From a virus (lineage: Duplodnaviria; Caudoviricetes), in the IMG/VR virus record IMGVR_UViG_3300031851_002880, positions 1 to 64,000 of that record: 64,000 nucleotides of DNA; one strand, written 5' to 3'. The position numbers and the translations under genes are program-made. The notes under the pieces are model-generated. The model was not told where the DNA came from. It was given only the letters and a program-made list of their open reading frames with translations, and did not search any database. Shown piece after piece: positions 26,739 through 36,185 of this stretch; the first letter of the stretch is position 1, and the number at the start of each line of letters is the position of its first letter.

Positions 26739-27645
26739 GACTCATCTCCATAAATAATCTCCACATAGGAGGTCTATATAAGTTGCAATGATCGTAATCT
26801 ATTTTGTCAACTGACAACCCGACATGTTTTGCAAGTGTACTTGTTCCGTGTTCTGTAATGTTAAAGTACCATGTGTACTTCCATTCTCTATCACAAAAAA
26901 AGTATGCTGAATTCTTTTGGGCATCATCTAAATCACCATGTAACCAAGTATGTGCGTGTATTGCATCAGGTTGGAATAGTTTGTAATAGTTATGATTATG
27001 GCTCCACAGTAACAATCCGTCTGGTGCTAAACATTCTTTTAATTTTTTCATGTTACGATATTGTTCATCATAAGTATACCAATTCATACTGCCAAAACAA
27101 ATAACAACGTCCCAAGTTTGTCCTTTAGGATCAAAGTCTGATTGCTTACACATAATGTCTGCTTCGGTCCTATATGGATCAACGCCAGTAACATTGTTTA
27201 AATGTTTTTTGTATTCGTTTACACCACAGCCCATATCAAGTATAGTTAAGTCTGGGCGTTCTTTTTGCATTGCTTGTAGTCTGTCTACAAGTGCTTGTCC
27301 TCGTATGTTCCACTTATTTGCAATAGGCTTGTGTTCAACATCTAATACTTCGCCAACTACACCTGTGGTGCTTGTACCGTTTTCACCTACGAAGTAGTTG
27401 TGTTGATATTGCTTGTCAATTTCTTTTACAAAGTCGCCCATAGTTTTTCCATACCATTGATCAATTTGACCAAGATGAATTGGATGATGTGTATCTCTAA
27501 CTTGCATTGAAAATTCTTGTTCACAAGCATCTATAAATTCTTGTGTAAAAGGTAGTTGACTAATAACAGATTCCGGAGCAATGTTCCAACCGAACATTTC
27601 TTCAACCTTATTCCATATTAGTTTATTAAGTGGATTATTATACAT
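26710..27645 (-). CDS. class I SAM-dependent methyltransferase with N-terminal ACP-like domain
   Basis: ILDMGCG, GVDP, WDVVICFGS, LAPDG; the N-terminal ~80 aa follow the acyl-carrier-protein helix pattern. Confidence 0.75.
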   Translation of the reverse strand: MYNNPLNKLIWNKVEEMFGWNIAPESVISQLPFTQEFIDACEQEFSMQVRDTHHPIHLGQIDQWYGKTMGDFVKEIDKQYQHNYFVGENGTSTTGVVGEVLDVEHKPIANKWNIRGQALVDRLQAMQKERPDLTILDMGCGVNEYKKHLNNVTGVDPYRTEADIMCKQSDFDPKGQTWDVVICFGSMNWYTYDEQYRNMKKLKECLAPDGLLLWSHNHNYYKLFQPDAIHAHTWLHGDLDDAQKNSAYFFCDREWKYTWYFNITEHGTSTLAKHVGLSVDKIDYDHCNLYRPPMWRLFMEMSHENSNRSKS

Positions 27646-28399
27646 TTTCGTAATAGTACCTTTCTATATGATCGATGCCTGCTTTTTTCCTAAATTCTTC
27701 TGTAAATATACCTTCGATCTTTAATCCAAAATTCCAATAAGGTAAACTTTCATGACTTCCGTGCCAATTCTGATGATTAAAGAAACCACTCATAGATTGT
27801 GCCTTATGTAGATTTTTTTCATCGTCCATAACGTACATTGTTTGTTCTGGATCCCAATTAATCCAGGCAAATTCTTGCCTATGAGGATAGCATTCGTCCA
27901 CAAGGTCGCAATCTCTGTGATAATTATTAGGTGCATTAGGACGTCTAATCAGTACAGCAAGTCGACCAATTTTTTCAAACACAGGTCCTTTTAAGGATTC
28001 TACCCACGCTTTATAATCATCCCACTCTTTAGGCAAATCTTTACGCCATGTTATGTTATCCCAAACTTCGGCAGGTGTTTCTATACTATCATATACTATA
28101 GGAGAATTATTTTTTGAATCTGGCAAATAACCTTCATCATCTGTTAACATTAAAACATAATAACTACAACGTGCCTTGCTCAATACTTCTATACTCCATG
28201 GATTATCGTGATGATATCCATTATTCTTTGCCCAATTTAAATCTTTGACACTGTTACCGTATTGATCTATTTGTCTTCCGTATACACCCCATCTAACTAA
28301 ATCATAACTTTCTGCTAAGGCAGGAAGTGGATCTGGCATAGTATCTAAGGGCAGTAAATGATCAAAAGATACTACCCATTCATTATTAATTGTTAACAT
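27638..28399 (-). CDS. 2OG-Fe(II) oxygenase-like protein
   Basis: ATG 28399 after GGAGG; YHRD…FFNHQNWHG…GLKIEG. Confidence 0.55.
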   Translation of the reverse strand: MLTINNEWVVSFDHLLPLDTMPDPLPALAESYDLVRWGVYGRQIDQYGNSVKDLNWAKNNGYHHDNPWSIEVLSKARCSYYVLMLTDDEGYLPDSKNNSPIVYDSIETPAEVWDNITWRKDLPKEWDDYKAWVESLKGPVFEKIGRLAVLIRRPNAPNNYHRDCDLVDECYPHRQEFAWINWDPEQTMYVMDDEKNLHKAQSMSGFFNHQNWHGSHESLPYWNFGLKIEGIFTEEFRKKAGIDHIERYYYENV

Positions 28400-30197
28400 G
28401 TATTTCCTCCATTTTCCATCTATCATCAAATCTTCCAGCAATGTAGATAGTATTATAATAATCTTCTTTATCTGTTTCTCTAGAATCGGAAAATGTCCAA
28501 TTACCAGGTGCATAATTTTCTACCTGATATTCTATTTTTTGACTTGTTCCTTTCCACATTGAGTAATAATCAATATCGATAAGTTCATGATATTGAGGGA
28601 AGCGTTCTTTCAAAACATCATGTATATTGTTCTTCAAATAATTAATATGTGATATTGCATATTCAGGAAAGAAATAAAGCGGATCACTCATTATATTCCA
28701 TCCATAATGGGTTTGGTTTTTGATTGCACTAAAATAATGATCTTTGCATTCTTGTTTGTGTTCATTAAACCAAGTTTTTGTTTGTAGGAATTTGTAACTT
28801 TCGTTTATCAAGGTAGATCTTTTTTCAATTCCTAGTGTGTGCAATGTGTTACAAGTATTTTGTAAAATGCCATAAAAATATATCGGCTTATAAAAACTTT
28901 TTACTAAAAACAAACTTTCAAAAACATCATCTTCAGACATACTGCTTGTTGAAGTACAAATATTATCTGTAAATTTATCACCGTGATAGTGTTTTGTAAA
29001 TCCTCGTATATTAGCCCAGTTTATTTCAAATTTTTCATTATATTCATTGCTACTAAATTCTGCATTGTTTAACTTACTGAGTTGATTTATTTGAAACTTG
29101 TTAAAGGTATGCGGCAAGTCAATTAGTTCTTCCATACCGCCTTTAAAATTAGCGTATGTATCTCCTGGCATTGGAAAAACTAATTCTGTATACACAGCAA
29201 TGTCTGATTCATTCATATCCTTGATAATATCACTCATTTCCTGTAATGTAAATGCATTAGTACGTTTTACATTATCAAGAGTTTGCTGATTTAAACTTTG
29301 TAAACTTAAACCAAATATACTATCTAGACCACCGTGTATAAGTTTCTTTGCACAACGTAGGACTCTATCACCCCTTGCCTTACTCCAGGTAGGCAAAAAC
29401 TTACCTTTCCAATTATGTTTCTTTTTTAGATCAATTAAAGCATCAACAATTTCTTCATCTCTATCGAAGATGCCAAAGTTTGCATCAGCTACATCAATTA
29501 CTGTCACTCCATTTTTTACAATCCATTCTAATTCATCAAGAACACGGTGCATACCAAATTTCTTTACTTTTGCATATGCTGTGCTGCCTATATCACAAAA
29601 TGTGCAACTGTAAGGACATCCTCTGTTACTCTCAAATACACATCTAACAGTACGTGTTTCATCACGTTTGTTTTCTACTAAGTTGCCGAAAAACCCATTT
29701 AGATATGGACTAGGTACTTCTTCTAAATTAATAGTGTTACGCTTGCGATTGTAAAAATCTTTTGTTATAATACCCTCAACTTCTAAAAAATCCTTGGTTT
29801 GTAAATTTGTTTTAAGCACATCAACTAATACTTCTTCTCCATAATACGGAATTAGTATATCGACATGATTGTGCTGTTGCATCCATTCTACAGAATACTT
29901 AGGTTCAGGACCTCCTACAATAACAAGACATTGAGGATATTTGTTTTTTATTTCTTTTAAGGCAATATTTGTACGTTCCCAATTCCAAATATAACAGCTA
30001 CATAATATAACATCAGGATCAACTATTTCATCTATAACAGTTTCTGCATCTTCGTTTTCCCAAAATGTTTTTACCATTTTATAAGAATTGTTTATAGATT
30101 CAAATTGTTGGGCATAACTCCACAGTGTACCAATTGCTTGTGGCAAGGTAGCACTAGGATACCAATTAGATAATTGAATTGCGTATACATTATTCAT
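28386..30197 (-). CDS. cobalamin-binding radical SAM protein (class B methyltransferase-like)
   Basis: N-terminal B12-binding Rossmann (PDVILCSCYIWN…IVGGPEP…GE), PSPYL, ESNRGCPYSCTFC, DANFG, PGDT. Confidence 0.9.
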   Translation of the reverse strand: MNNVYAIQLSNWYPSATLPQAIGTLWSYAQQFESINNSYKMVKTFWENEDAETVIDEIVDPDVILCSCYIWNWERTNIALKEIKNKYPQCLVIVGGPEPKYSVEWMQQHNHVDILIPYYGEEVLVDVLKTNLQTKDFLEVEGIITKDFYNRKRNTINLEEVPSPYLNGFFGNLVENKRDETRTVRCVFESNRGCPYSCTFCDIGSTAYAKVKKFGMHRVLDELEWIVKNGVTVIDVADANFGIFDRDEEIVDALIDLKKKHNWKGKFLPTWSKARGDRVLRCAKKLIHGGLDSIFGLSLQSLNQQTLDNVKRTNAFTLQEMSDIIKDMNESDIAVYTELVFPMPGDTYANFKGGMEELIDLPHTFNKFQINQLSKLNNAEFSSNEYNEKFEINWANIRGFTKHYHGDKFTDNICTSTSSMSEDDVFESLFLVKSFYKPIYFYGILQNTCNTLHTLGIEKRSTLINESYKFLQTKTWFNEHKQECKDHYFSAIKNQTHYGWNIMSDPLYFFPEYAISHINYLKNNIHDVLKERFPQYHELIDIDYYSMWKGTSQKIEYQVENYAPGNWTFSDSRETDKEDYYNTIYIAGRFDDRWKMEEIHVNN

Positions 30198-30726
30198 ACT
30201 TAAAGTTCTCTGTGTTTGTCCAAATAGTATTGTTGTCAATTTTTTTAAATAAGTTATCTGTCCAGTCAAATAAATCCATCATTAATACCCAACGAGGTGC
30301 AGTATCTTCACGTTTGCGTGGCACTGCATGTAACATACGTGTGTTGAATATAGTTGGCTTGTCCATTGTAAATTGTTCTACAGGATGATTAAATTGGTCA
30401 TAATAATATTGCGGACTATTACTAAAGTCTCCTAGTAACGGAATTCCAAAATTTCCCCATTTACGATGATCAATATGATTAACTAATCCACCAGGCTTTA
30501 CACTACTCAAAAAGAAACTAGGACGTTTAAATTCTGCATTTAATCCTTGATATATTTCATCTAATATAGGAAATTGTTCTATACTAATAGAAAGTTCTTG
30601 TACATTCCATTCTAACCCATTCTGGTCATAACCGTCTTTCCATTCAGTTGCTTTTGCATAATCAATAATATCATTAAAGACAGATGGATCATATTGTAAA
30701 TTTAATTTTCGGTGATACCAATTCAT
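30190..30726 (-). CDS. 2OG-Fe(II) oxygenase-like protein
   Basis: HID…FNT…HAV…R pattern. Confidence 0.62.
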   Translation of the reverse strand: MNWYHRKLNLQYDPSVFNDIIDYAKATEWKDGYDQNGLEWNVQELSISIEQFPILDEIYQGLNAEFKRPSFFLSSVKPGGLVNHIDHRKWGNFGIPLLGDFSNSPQYYYDQFNHPVEQFTMDKPTIFNTRMLHAVPRKREDTAPRWVLMMDLFDWTDNLFKKIDNNTIWTNTENFKYE

Positions 30727-31364
30727 TATTTCAACCTATACTGATTAATGATTGTTTCGAATAACTCTTCGTCAAACTTTAAACACATTACAATCATTAT
30801 ACAATCATCTTTCATACTAAACACACTATGGCGTTTACTAGCATTAAACCAATGTAGACTTCCATTCTTTACTTCCATTAACTTATCTTCATACAAAAAC
30901 TTCATTGTATACTTAGATGAGTTATTAACAAAACCAATTAGTCTAGTATCATCATAATTATAATCTAATTTATTAATATCGTAATGTTCAGGAAAATATC
31001 CGCCAGCATTTAATTTTAAGAAATGACAACGCCCGAGCCAAGGCTTCCAAGGCTCAATTACTTTTTGTAGTGTAGGCATTGTTTCATACACGCTTGTATA
31101 TGTTTTAATATCTTGGTTTGTAATTTCTACATTATTATCTTTGTTATATTCATACAAACTATCTAAGTCTGGAATACCACTAAGTCCACCATCTAAACTA
31201 GTAATACTAAGCCCCCAACGATTATTAGGCTTTCTTACGTTGTATGGTTTCCAGTCATTATTATATGGCTTTAATTCTTCCATTATTTTGTTTGAATTAA
31301 ACGACTCCATTTCGAGCCAATCGCCCATTGTGTGCAATCGGTTGTATGCTATATCGTACTTCAT
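30726..31364 (-). CDS. 2OG-Fe(II) oxygenase (Asp/Asn beta-hydroxylase-like)
   Basis: GRCHFLKL…GGYFPEHYD…WFN…HSVF. Confidence 0.68.
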   Translation of the reverse strand: MKYDIAYNRLHTMGDWLEMESFNSNKIMEELKPYNNDWKPYNVRKPNNRWGLSITSLDGGLSGIPDLDSLYEYNKDNNVEITNQDIKTYTSVYETMPTLQKVIEPWKPWLGRCHFLKLNAGGYFPEHYDINKLDYNYDDTRLIGFVNNSSKYTMKFLYEDKLMEVKNGSLHWFNASKRHSVFSMKDDCIMIVMCLKFDEELFETIINQYRLK

Positions 31365-32005
31365 ATAAACTTTACCAATTTATTCTTGTCATTAACTTCC
31401 CAGTTAATAAGTGTTCCATCAGCAATACCTTGTAGGATATCTTCATACGAATGATGTCGCCAACAGCAACTTAATATTGCCCTATCAGGATCGCTTGTGT
31501 TTTGTACTCCATGTACTTTACTGCCTTTAAATAACCAAGGAGCAAATTCATTTGTAGAATTGCTGTGTGCATATTCCATATTAAATATATGTGTTTCTCT
31601 ATCGAAGTCATCATAAAAAGTTTGAGGACTTGTATCACCAAACTCGCCTCTAACTGCAAAGTTTAAAATTGCAAGTCTATTACGATCCTGATGCGGAGGC
31701 ACTCCGCCAATTGGTGTTGCTGTATACAACATTGTGTCTGGCATGATAGGCACGTTAAATAATTCTGCCAGTTCTTGATGAAACTGTGTCCATACATAGT
31801 TCTTACATTCTAGCCGTGGGTTGTTTTCATATGCTTCATGTACTGTCCAACGAACATGTCCACAATCAAATATGTACCAGTCATCTTGCTCAATACTATT
31901 AAGATGTTTTTCGACAAATGTACGATCGTACCATAGAGTTGGTAGTTCTACAGCATATTCACTTGTCTTGTCCTGTAGCGTCAACTGTGTCTCTCGCTTC
32001 ATCAT
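31361..32005 (-). CDS. 2OG-Fe(II) oxygenase-like protein
   Basis: GVPPHQD…LNF…HGV…RAILS. Confidence 0.62.
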   Translation of the reverse strand: MMKRETQLTLQDKTSEYAVELPTLWYDRTFVEKHLNSIEQDDWYIFDCGHVRWTVHEAYENNPRLECKNYVWTQFHQELAELFNVPIMPDTMLYTATPIGGVPPHQDRNRLAILNFAVRGEFGDTSPQTFYDDFDRETHIFNMEYAHSNSTNEFAPWLFKGSKVHGVQNTSDPDRAILSCCWRHHSYEDILQGIADGTLINWEVNDKNKLVKFI

Positions 32006-32528
32006 TCCACCTTTCATATGTTTGTTTAATACTTTCTAAATATTGCATCATACTATCTGCATCGCTTACTTGAAAACATGTCATTGGGTTATGTGTAAAA
32101 TCTTCATACTTTACAATTTTACAAATTAAGTTATCAATAATCATTGCGTATCTATGACTACGATACTTTCCTAATCCTTCTTTAGTCATATCTTCAAGCA
32201 TACCGATTGCTTCAGCCCATTCACCGGCTGGGTCTGGTAATGCTTGTATATTACTAATGCCTTCTCGTTTTAACCAAGCACGTTGTACATATGTATCATC
32301 GACACTTGTTACCCATACTTCGTCAATGCCTAAGTCTTGTATTTGTTTGTAGCAAAATTCATATGTACGTAATTGACTTGCCGCATACTCTACTAGGAAC
32401 GGGCCTGGCACTGCAAATAATAATATCTTTTTGTTTGCAAATAATTCATGCGTGTCTAACCATTTAGTATGAGGTCCTACTTTATGTAGAGTTTTTACAT
32501 TTGGAATTTGATCAGCGATGCGTATCAT
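31959..32528 (-). CDS. peroxiredoxin (Prx5/redoxin)-like protein lacking the peroxidatic Cys
   Basis: ELFANKKILLFAVPG, GIDEV…SVDD…AW, LPD…IGM, RS-x-RYAMIID, VSDADSM match Prx5, but PGAFTPTC is replaced by PGPFLVEY. Confidence 0.75.
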   Translation of the reverse strand: MIRIADQIPNVKTLHKVGPHTKWLDTHELFANKKILLFAVPGPFLVEYAASQLRTYEFCYKQIQDLGIDEVWVTSVDDTYVQRAWLKREGISNIQALPDPAGEWAEAIGMLEDMTKEGLGKYRSHRYAMIIDNLICKIVKYEDFTHNPMTCFQVSDADSMMQYLESIKQTYERWNDEARDTVDATGQDK

Positions 32529-34365
32529 GTTCTACTACCTTGTGTTTTAAAAAGCATCGTTTGCTTTTTCTACCATACCAAAATATATGTTTAGCATGGT
32601 CTTCTAAATCTTTATACTGTTTTGTTTCTACTTCAACAGTAATATTAGCTTTGTCTAATACACTAGTTGCAAAAAACTTAGGCCAATTATAATTAAATTT
32701 TAATGAAGTTACTGTCTTATTATGAGTATCGAGCATTAACTTATTATAGCACAATACTTCAGAAATGTCAACCCCCCATTGATTATATACAATATTTATA
32801 ATTTCATCATGTACCAATTGTATATGGTTGTATAGCATTGCTGCTGTAGCACCATTGTCTTGAAAATGAAAGTCACCGGCTACTGGACGTCCCCAAGTTT
32901 CTTGCTCAAATAGACTTCGCCGCACACTTCCTGTATGCTTTAAGTATTCATTATGTAATACTCCTACACCATCTTTACTGTGTTCAAACAAAACTTTGTA
33001 GTATTCAATTAAAGGAACACCAATTGTTCTATTTAAAAATTCAGCAGCTAGTTGACTCGCTCCGTGGTAATGATGAGGTATTACAATACCCTTTGCAAAA
33101 AAGTATGCATCAATCCATTCTTCGCTAGTCATTGTATTACTACTGTAACAAATATAATCTATTTCGCCATCTGAGTCCTTAGGGTAAACGTTGCCGCCTG
33201 CTGGAGCCTGTGTTGGAGTATATTGAAGTCCGTACTTTTCTTTATAGTCCTTGTTAGCAAATGGCGTGTTAGGTACAATGCTTAACGGATGAACAGTAAG
33301 AGCATGGTCACTGCCTAACTCAAGTATTTTTCCTATGCCGCTTATCCAACTATTAAAAGTTTCTTCAGGCAAACCTAATATAAGTTCACAGTAGTTTTCA
33401 ATATTATTTTTATTATATGTTTGAACTGTTTTTTCTAAATCAATATTTGCAATATTAGTACGCTTAATAGCATCGAGTGTTTTAGGATTCATACTTTGTA
33501 AAGCAATAGTCATACCTCGATTAATTTTTGCTTCGTGATTTAAGATGCGTCCTAATTCTAAAATACGATCCGGCTGTTGCTTTGCTGTTGCGTAATCTAT
33601 GTTCCTAGGATATCCTGTAGCATTTTTATTCTTTGCTAGATGCTGTATAAATTGTATGTCACGTTCGAATATTCCAAGATTGCTATCTGCAAAATATAAA
33701 AATTCTATTTTATTATTGCTTACCCAGTCTAGTTCACTTAGTACACGGTCATGATTAAATTTTGCAATCTTGTTATAATACAATGCTTCTTGGTCACAGA
33801 ACGTACAACGATAAGGGCATCCGCGGTTAGTTTCAATAATAGCACTATATTGTTTATTAGGCTTCATAAGGCTATTCATTAGCCCGCTTAAATACGGACT
33901 AGGAATATCTTCTATAAGTTTATCTGGCTTAGGTGCTGTGTAACTATCTACAGTCATTATACCAGGCGCTGTTAAATTACCTTTAAGTAATTCTGCAAAT
34001 ATGCGTTCGCCTGCGTATGTAACAATTACATCACAGATATCTCTGTTTTGTTTAAGCCAAGACTGTCTGTAAGGAACTTGTGGACCTCCCATAACAATCA
34101 TACAATTAGGATATTTTTGTTTTATTGCCCTAGCAAGTTCTTGACTAACAGTCCAGTTCCATACATATGTGCTTAGTGCTACTACGTCTGGATCTATAAT
34201 TTGTTCTACGTAGTTTTCAACAGTGTCACGTTCAAATAATATACTTCCTAATTCCCAGCCATCTACATTTGCATTGCAGTATTCCCAAACATACGCAACA
34301 CTGAGAGGTAGAAATGTTGCTTCCGCAATAACATTATTGATCTGTGTTAGGTATATCTTTTTCAT
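32512..34365 (-). CDS. cobalamin-binding radical SAM protein (paralog of 28386..30197)
   Basis: PDVVALSTYVWN…MGGPQ…GE, PSPYL, ETNRGCPYRCTFC, DSNLG, ELILGLPEET. Confidence 0.9.
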   Translation of the reverse strand: MKKIYLTQINNVIAEATFLPLSVAYVWEYCNANVDGWELGSILFERDTVENYVEQIIDPDVVALSTYVWNWTVSQELARAIKQKYPNCMIVMGGPQVPYRQSWLKQNRDICDVIVTYAGERIFAELLKGNLTAPGIMTVDSYTAPKPDKLIEDIPSPYLSGLMNSLMKPNKQYSAIIETNRGCPYRCTFCDQEALYYNKIAKFNHDRVLSELDWVSNNKIEFLYFADSNLGIFERDIQFIQHLAKNKNATGYPRNIDYATAKQQPDRILELGRILNHEAKINRGMTIALQSMNPKTLDAIKRTNIANIDLEKTVQTYNKNNIENYCELILGLPEETFNSWISGIGKILELGSDHALTVHPLSIVPNTPFANKDYKEKYGLQYTPTQAPAGGNVYPKDSDGEIDYICYSSNTMTSEEWIDAYFFAKGIVIPHHYHGASQLAAEFLNRTIGVPLIEYYKVLFEHSKDGVGVLHNEYLKHTGSVRRSLFEQETWGRPVAGDFHFQDNGATAAMLYNHIQLVHDEIINIVYNQWGVDISEVLCYNKLMLDTHNKTVTSLKFNYNWPKFFATSVLDKANITVEVETKQYKDLEDHAKHIFWYGRKSKRCFLKHKVVEHDTHR

Positions 34366-35473
34366 ATTTTCTCTTAGGAATCTTTGAGTCGGCACTACTT
34401 ACGCAACTTTTAGTAATACAAGTTTTAGGTGTCTTAAACAGTTCAAAACCTGTTTCGATGTTGCCAAGCGGTGCATCATGACAAGAATAACTCCTTTTTA
34501 TCGAACCGTCAGGCTCGCGTATTATAAGTCCGCTGTAACCGGCATTGCAAGCCCATCCTTCAAAATTGTTGAAATTAAAGGCATTAAAGCGTTCTGCTTG
34601 GTCCATATACCACTTTTTACCTTTAGAGTCTTTTAACTCTACTTGCATATGCCAAGGAATACTTGTATCTAATTTTCCCTCTACTCCTTGAGGTATTTGG
34701 AAGTTTGGCTTCGGACGCTCTGTCCATATCCTTTTGTTTTCTGTGTATGCCCGCTGTGGCATTCCGTTCCACAACCGCTCCAAGTCTTCTGGTTTGTAAC
34801 CTTCAACAATTTTAGAAGCAGTAGGGTCTGATTGTGGTTTAAGAGTAACGTTGATACCTTGTTCGTGAAAGAACAATGCATTCTCCCAATCACGTTCAAA
34901 CCATTCTGGTACCATAACTTGATTAATTGTAACTTGTACATCATGCTCCTGACAGAAGATTAACTTATCTGCAAAGTCCTGCATCTTCTCTTTACTGTTT
35001 ACGTGTTCTGTGTGCAGACTTGCTGTAATACTTGCTCTATGAAATGGCTTTACTGCTTCAACATACTTTTCAAACCAAGCCATATTGCGACTACAGTTTG
35101 ACGTCATGTGTACACTGGTATAGTTAGTGTTGTCTACGTCATCAGCCAGATGCTGTAGAATGTCCAAGTACCCAGGATGAAAAGTAGGCTCACCGCCACT
35201 AAGACTAAAATGATAACTATTAAATCCGTTTTCACGTGCCTGTCGCTTTATTTCGTCGATTGTTTTGAGACATAGTTCTGTAGGTCTATGATCTTTGCGG
35301 TCGCTTCTTGCGTAGGGCCAACAGTAACTACATTTGTAGTTACAGAATCTTCCAAGCAGCCAGCTGACAGTAAACAAGTCTCTATATAAGAGTGTCCTTT
35401 GTCCGACGCTAACAATGTCGTCAAACGGGATCTTTGTAAAGTCATAATTGCTCCATTTTAAATCTTCACTCAT
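34334..35473 (-). CDS. radical SAM protein with C-terminal Cys-rich domain
   Basis: SWLLGRFCNYKCSYC; SGGEPT; WACNAG…SC…C…C. Confidence 0.9.
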   Translation of the reverse strand: MSEDLKWSNYDFTKIPFDDIVSVGQRTLLYRDLFTVSWLLGRFCNYKCSYCWPYARSDRKDHRPTELCLKTIDEIKRQARENGFNSYHFSLSGGEPTFHPGYLDILQHLADDVDNTNYTSVHMTSNCSRNMAWFEKYVEAVKPFHRASITASLHTEHVNSKEKMQDFADKLIFCQEHDVQVTINQVMVPEWFERDWENALFFHEQGINVTLKPQSDPTASKIVEGYKPEDLERLWNGMPQRAYTENKRIWTERPKPNFQIPQGVEGKLDTSIPWHMQVELKDSKGKKWYMDQAERFNAFNFNNFEGWACNAGYSGLIIREPDGSIKRSYSCHDAPLGNIETGFELFKTPKTCITKSCVSSADSKIPKRKYEKDIPNTDQ

Positions 35474-35479
35474 GACTAC

Positions 35480-35507
35480 ATTATAACACCTTTTAAAAAA
35501 TAATCAA
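35480..35507 (-). promoter_or_regulatory. sigma70-type promoter, extended -10, likely leaderless
   Basis: Minus strand TTGATT, 16 nt, TGnTATAAT; ATG at 35473 follows 6 nt after the -10. Confidence 0.6.
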
Positions 35508-35510
35508 CCT

Positions 35511-36185
35511 TTAAATATATCGGCCAAAACCCCAAAATCTTTCTTTACAAAACCAACAGTTGTCGCAATGGGAACTAAAGTCCGTAGTAAAGTCTTCACA
35601 ACTTCTAGTCAACGGAAATAATGTTTCCATAACTCCAAGTGTTTCGTATAGTTCTGCTACGCCTTTTTTGTCTATGTTTGTTAAGTGTTTCCAAGAATAA
35701 TTATTAAGCACAGGAAAATTCTTTCCATTTCTATTATCGCACGGTCCGTTAATTAGGTTACCCTTTTCGTTTCTAAAAGTATCTATTATATCTAAGGGTG
35801 GATTAGCAGTAATACCAGAATAATTTTTTTGTATGTTTTCTTTGTCAGAGGCTTCCTTGAACAATTTCGTTTGTGCATTTATATAATCATCGTTAGTATT
35901 CATTACGTCTACATTGTTTATATAATGTTTTCCAAAAATATGTTCTCCAAAAGTATCTTTATAAAAATTTATTATACGGGGAGCAAACACTCCTTGATAA
36001 GGTTTCTTAGGATGATTAGTAGTTAATGGAATAATCTTGATATCAGGTCTTTCTTCAGCTACATATTTAGATAGCATGTACCCAACAATAGCACTGTCAG
36101 CGCCGCCGGATATTTTTAAAGATACTACCTTTACGTCATTAGGTTCTTCAATATTAATATCTTGTTGACTATTTTTAAATATCAT
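35511..36185 (-). CDS. QueC-like adenine nucleotide alpha-hydrolase
   Basis: ISGGADSA PP-loop; LTRSC…HCDNCWFCKER Zn site as in QueC. Confidence 0.75.
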   Translation of the reverse strand: MIFKNSQQDINIEEPNDVKVVSLKISGGADSAIVGYMLSKYVAEERPDIKIIPLTTNHPKKPYQGVFAPRIINFYKDTFGEHIFGKHYINNVDVMNTNDDYINAQTKLFKEASDKENIQKNYSGITANPPLDIIDTFRNEKGNLINGPCDNRNGKNFPVLNNYSWKHLTNIDKKGVAELYETLGVMETLFPLTRSCEDFTTDFSSHCDNCWFCKERFWGFGRYI

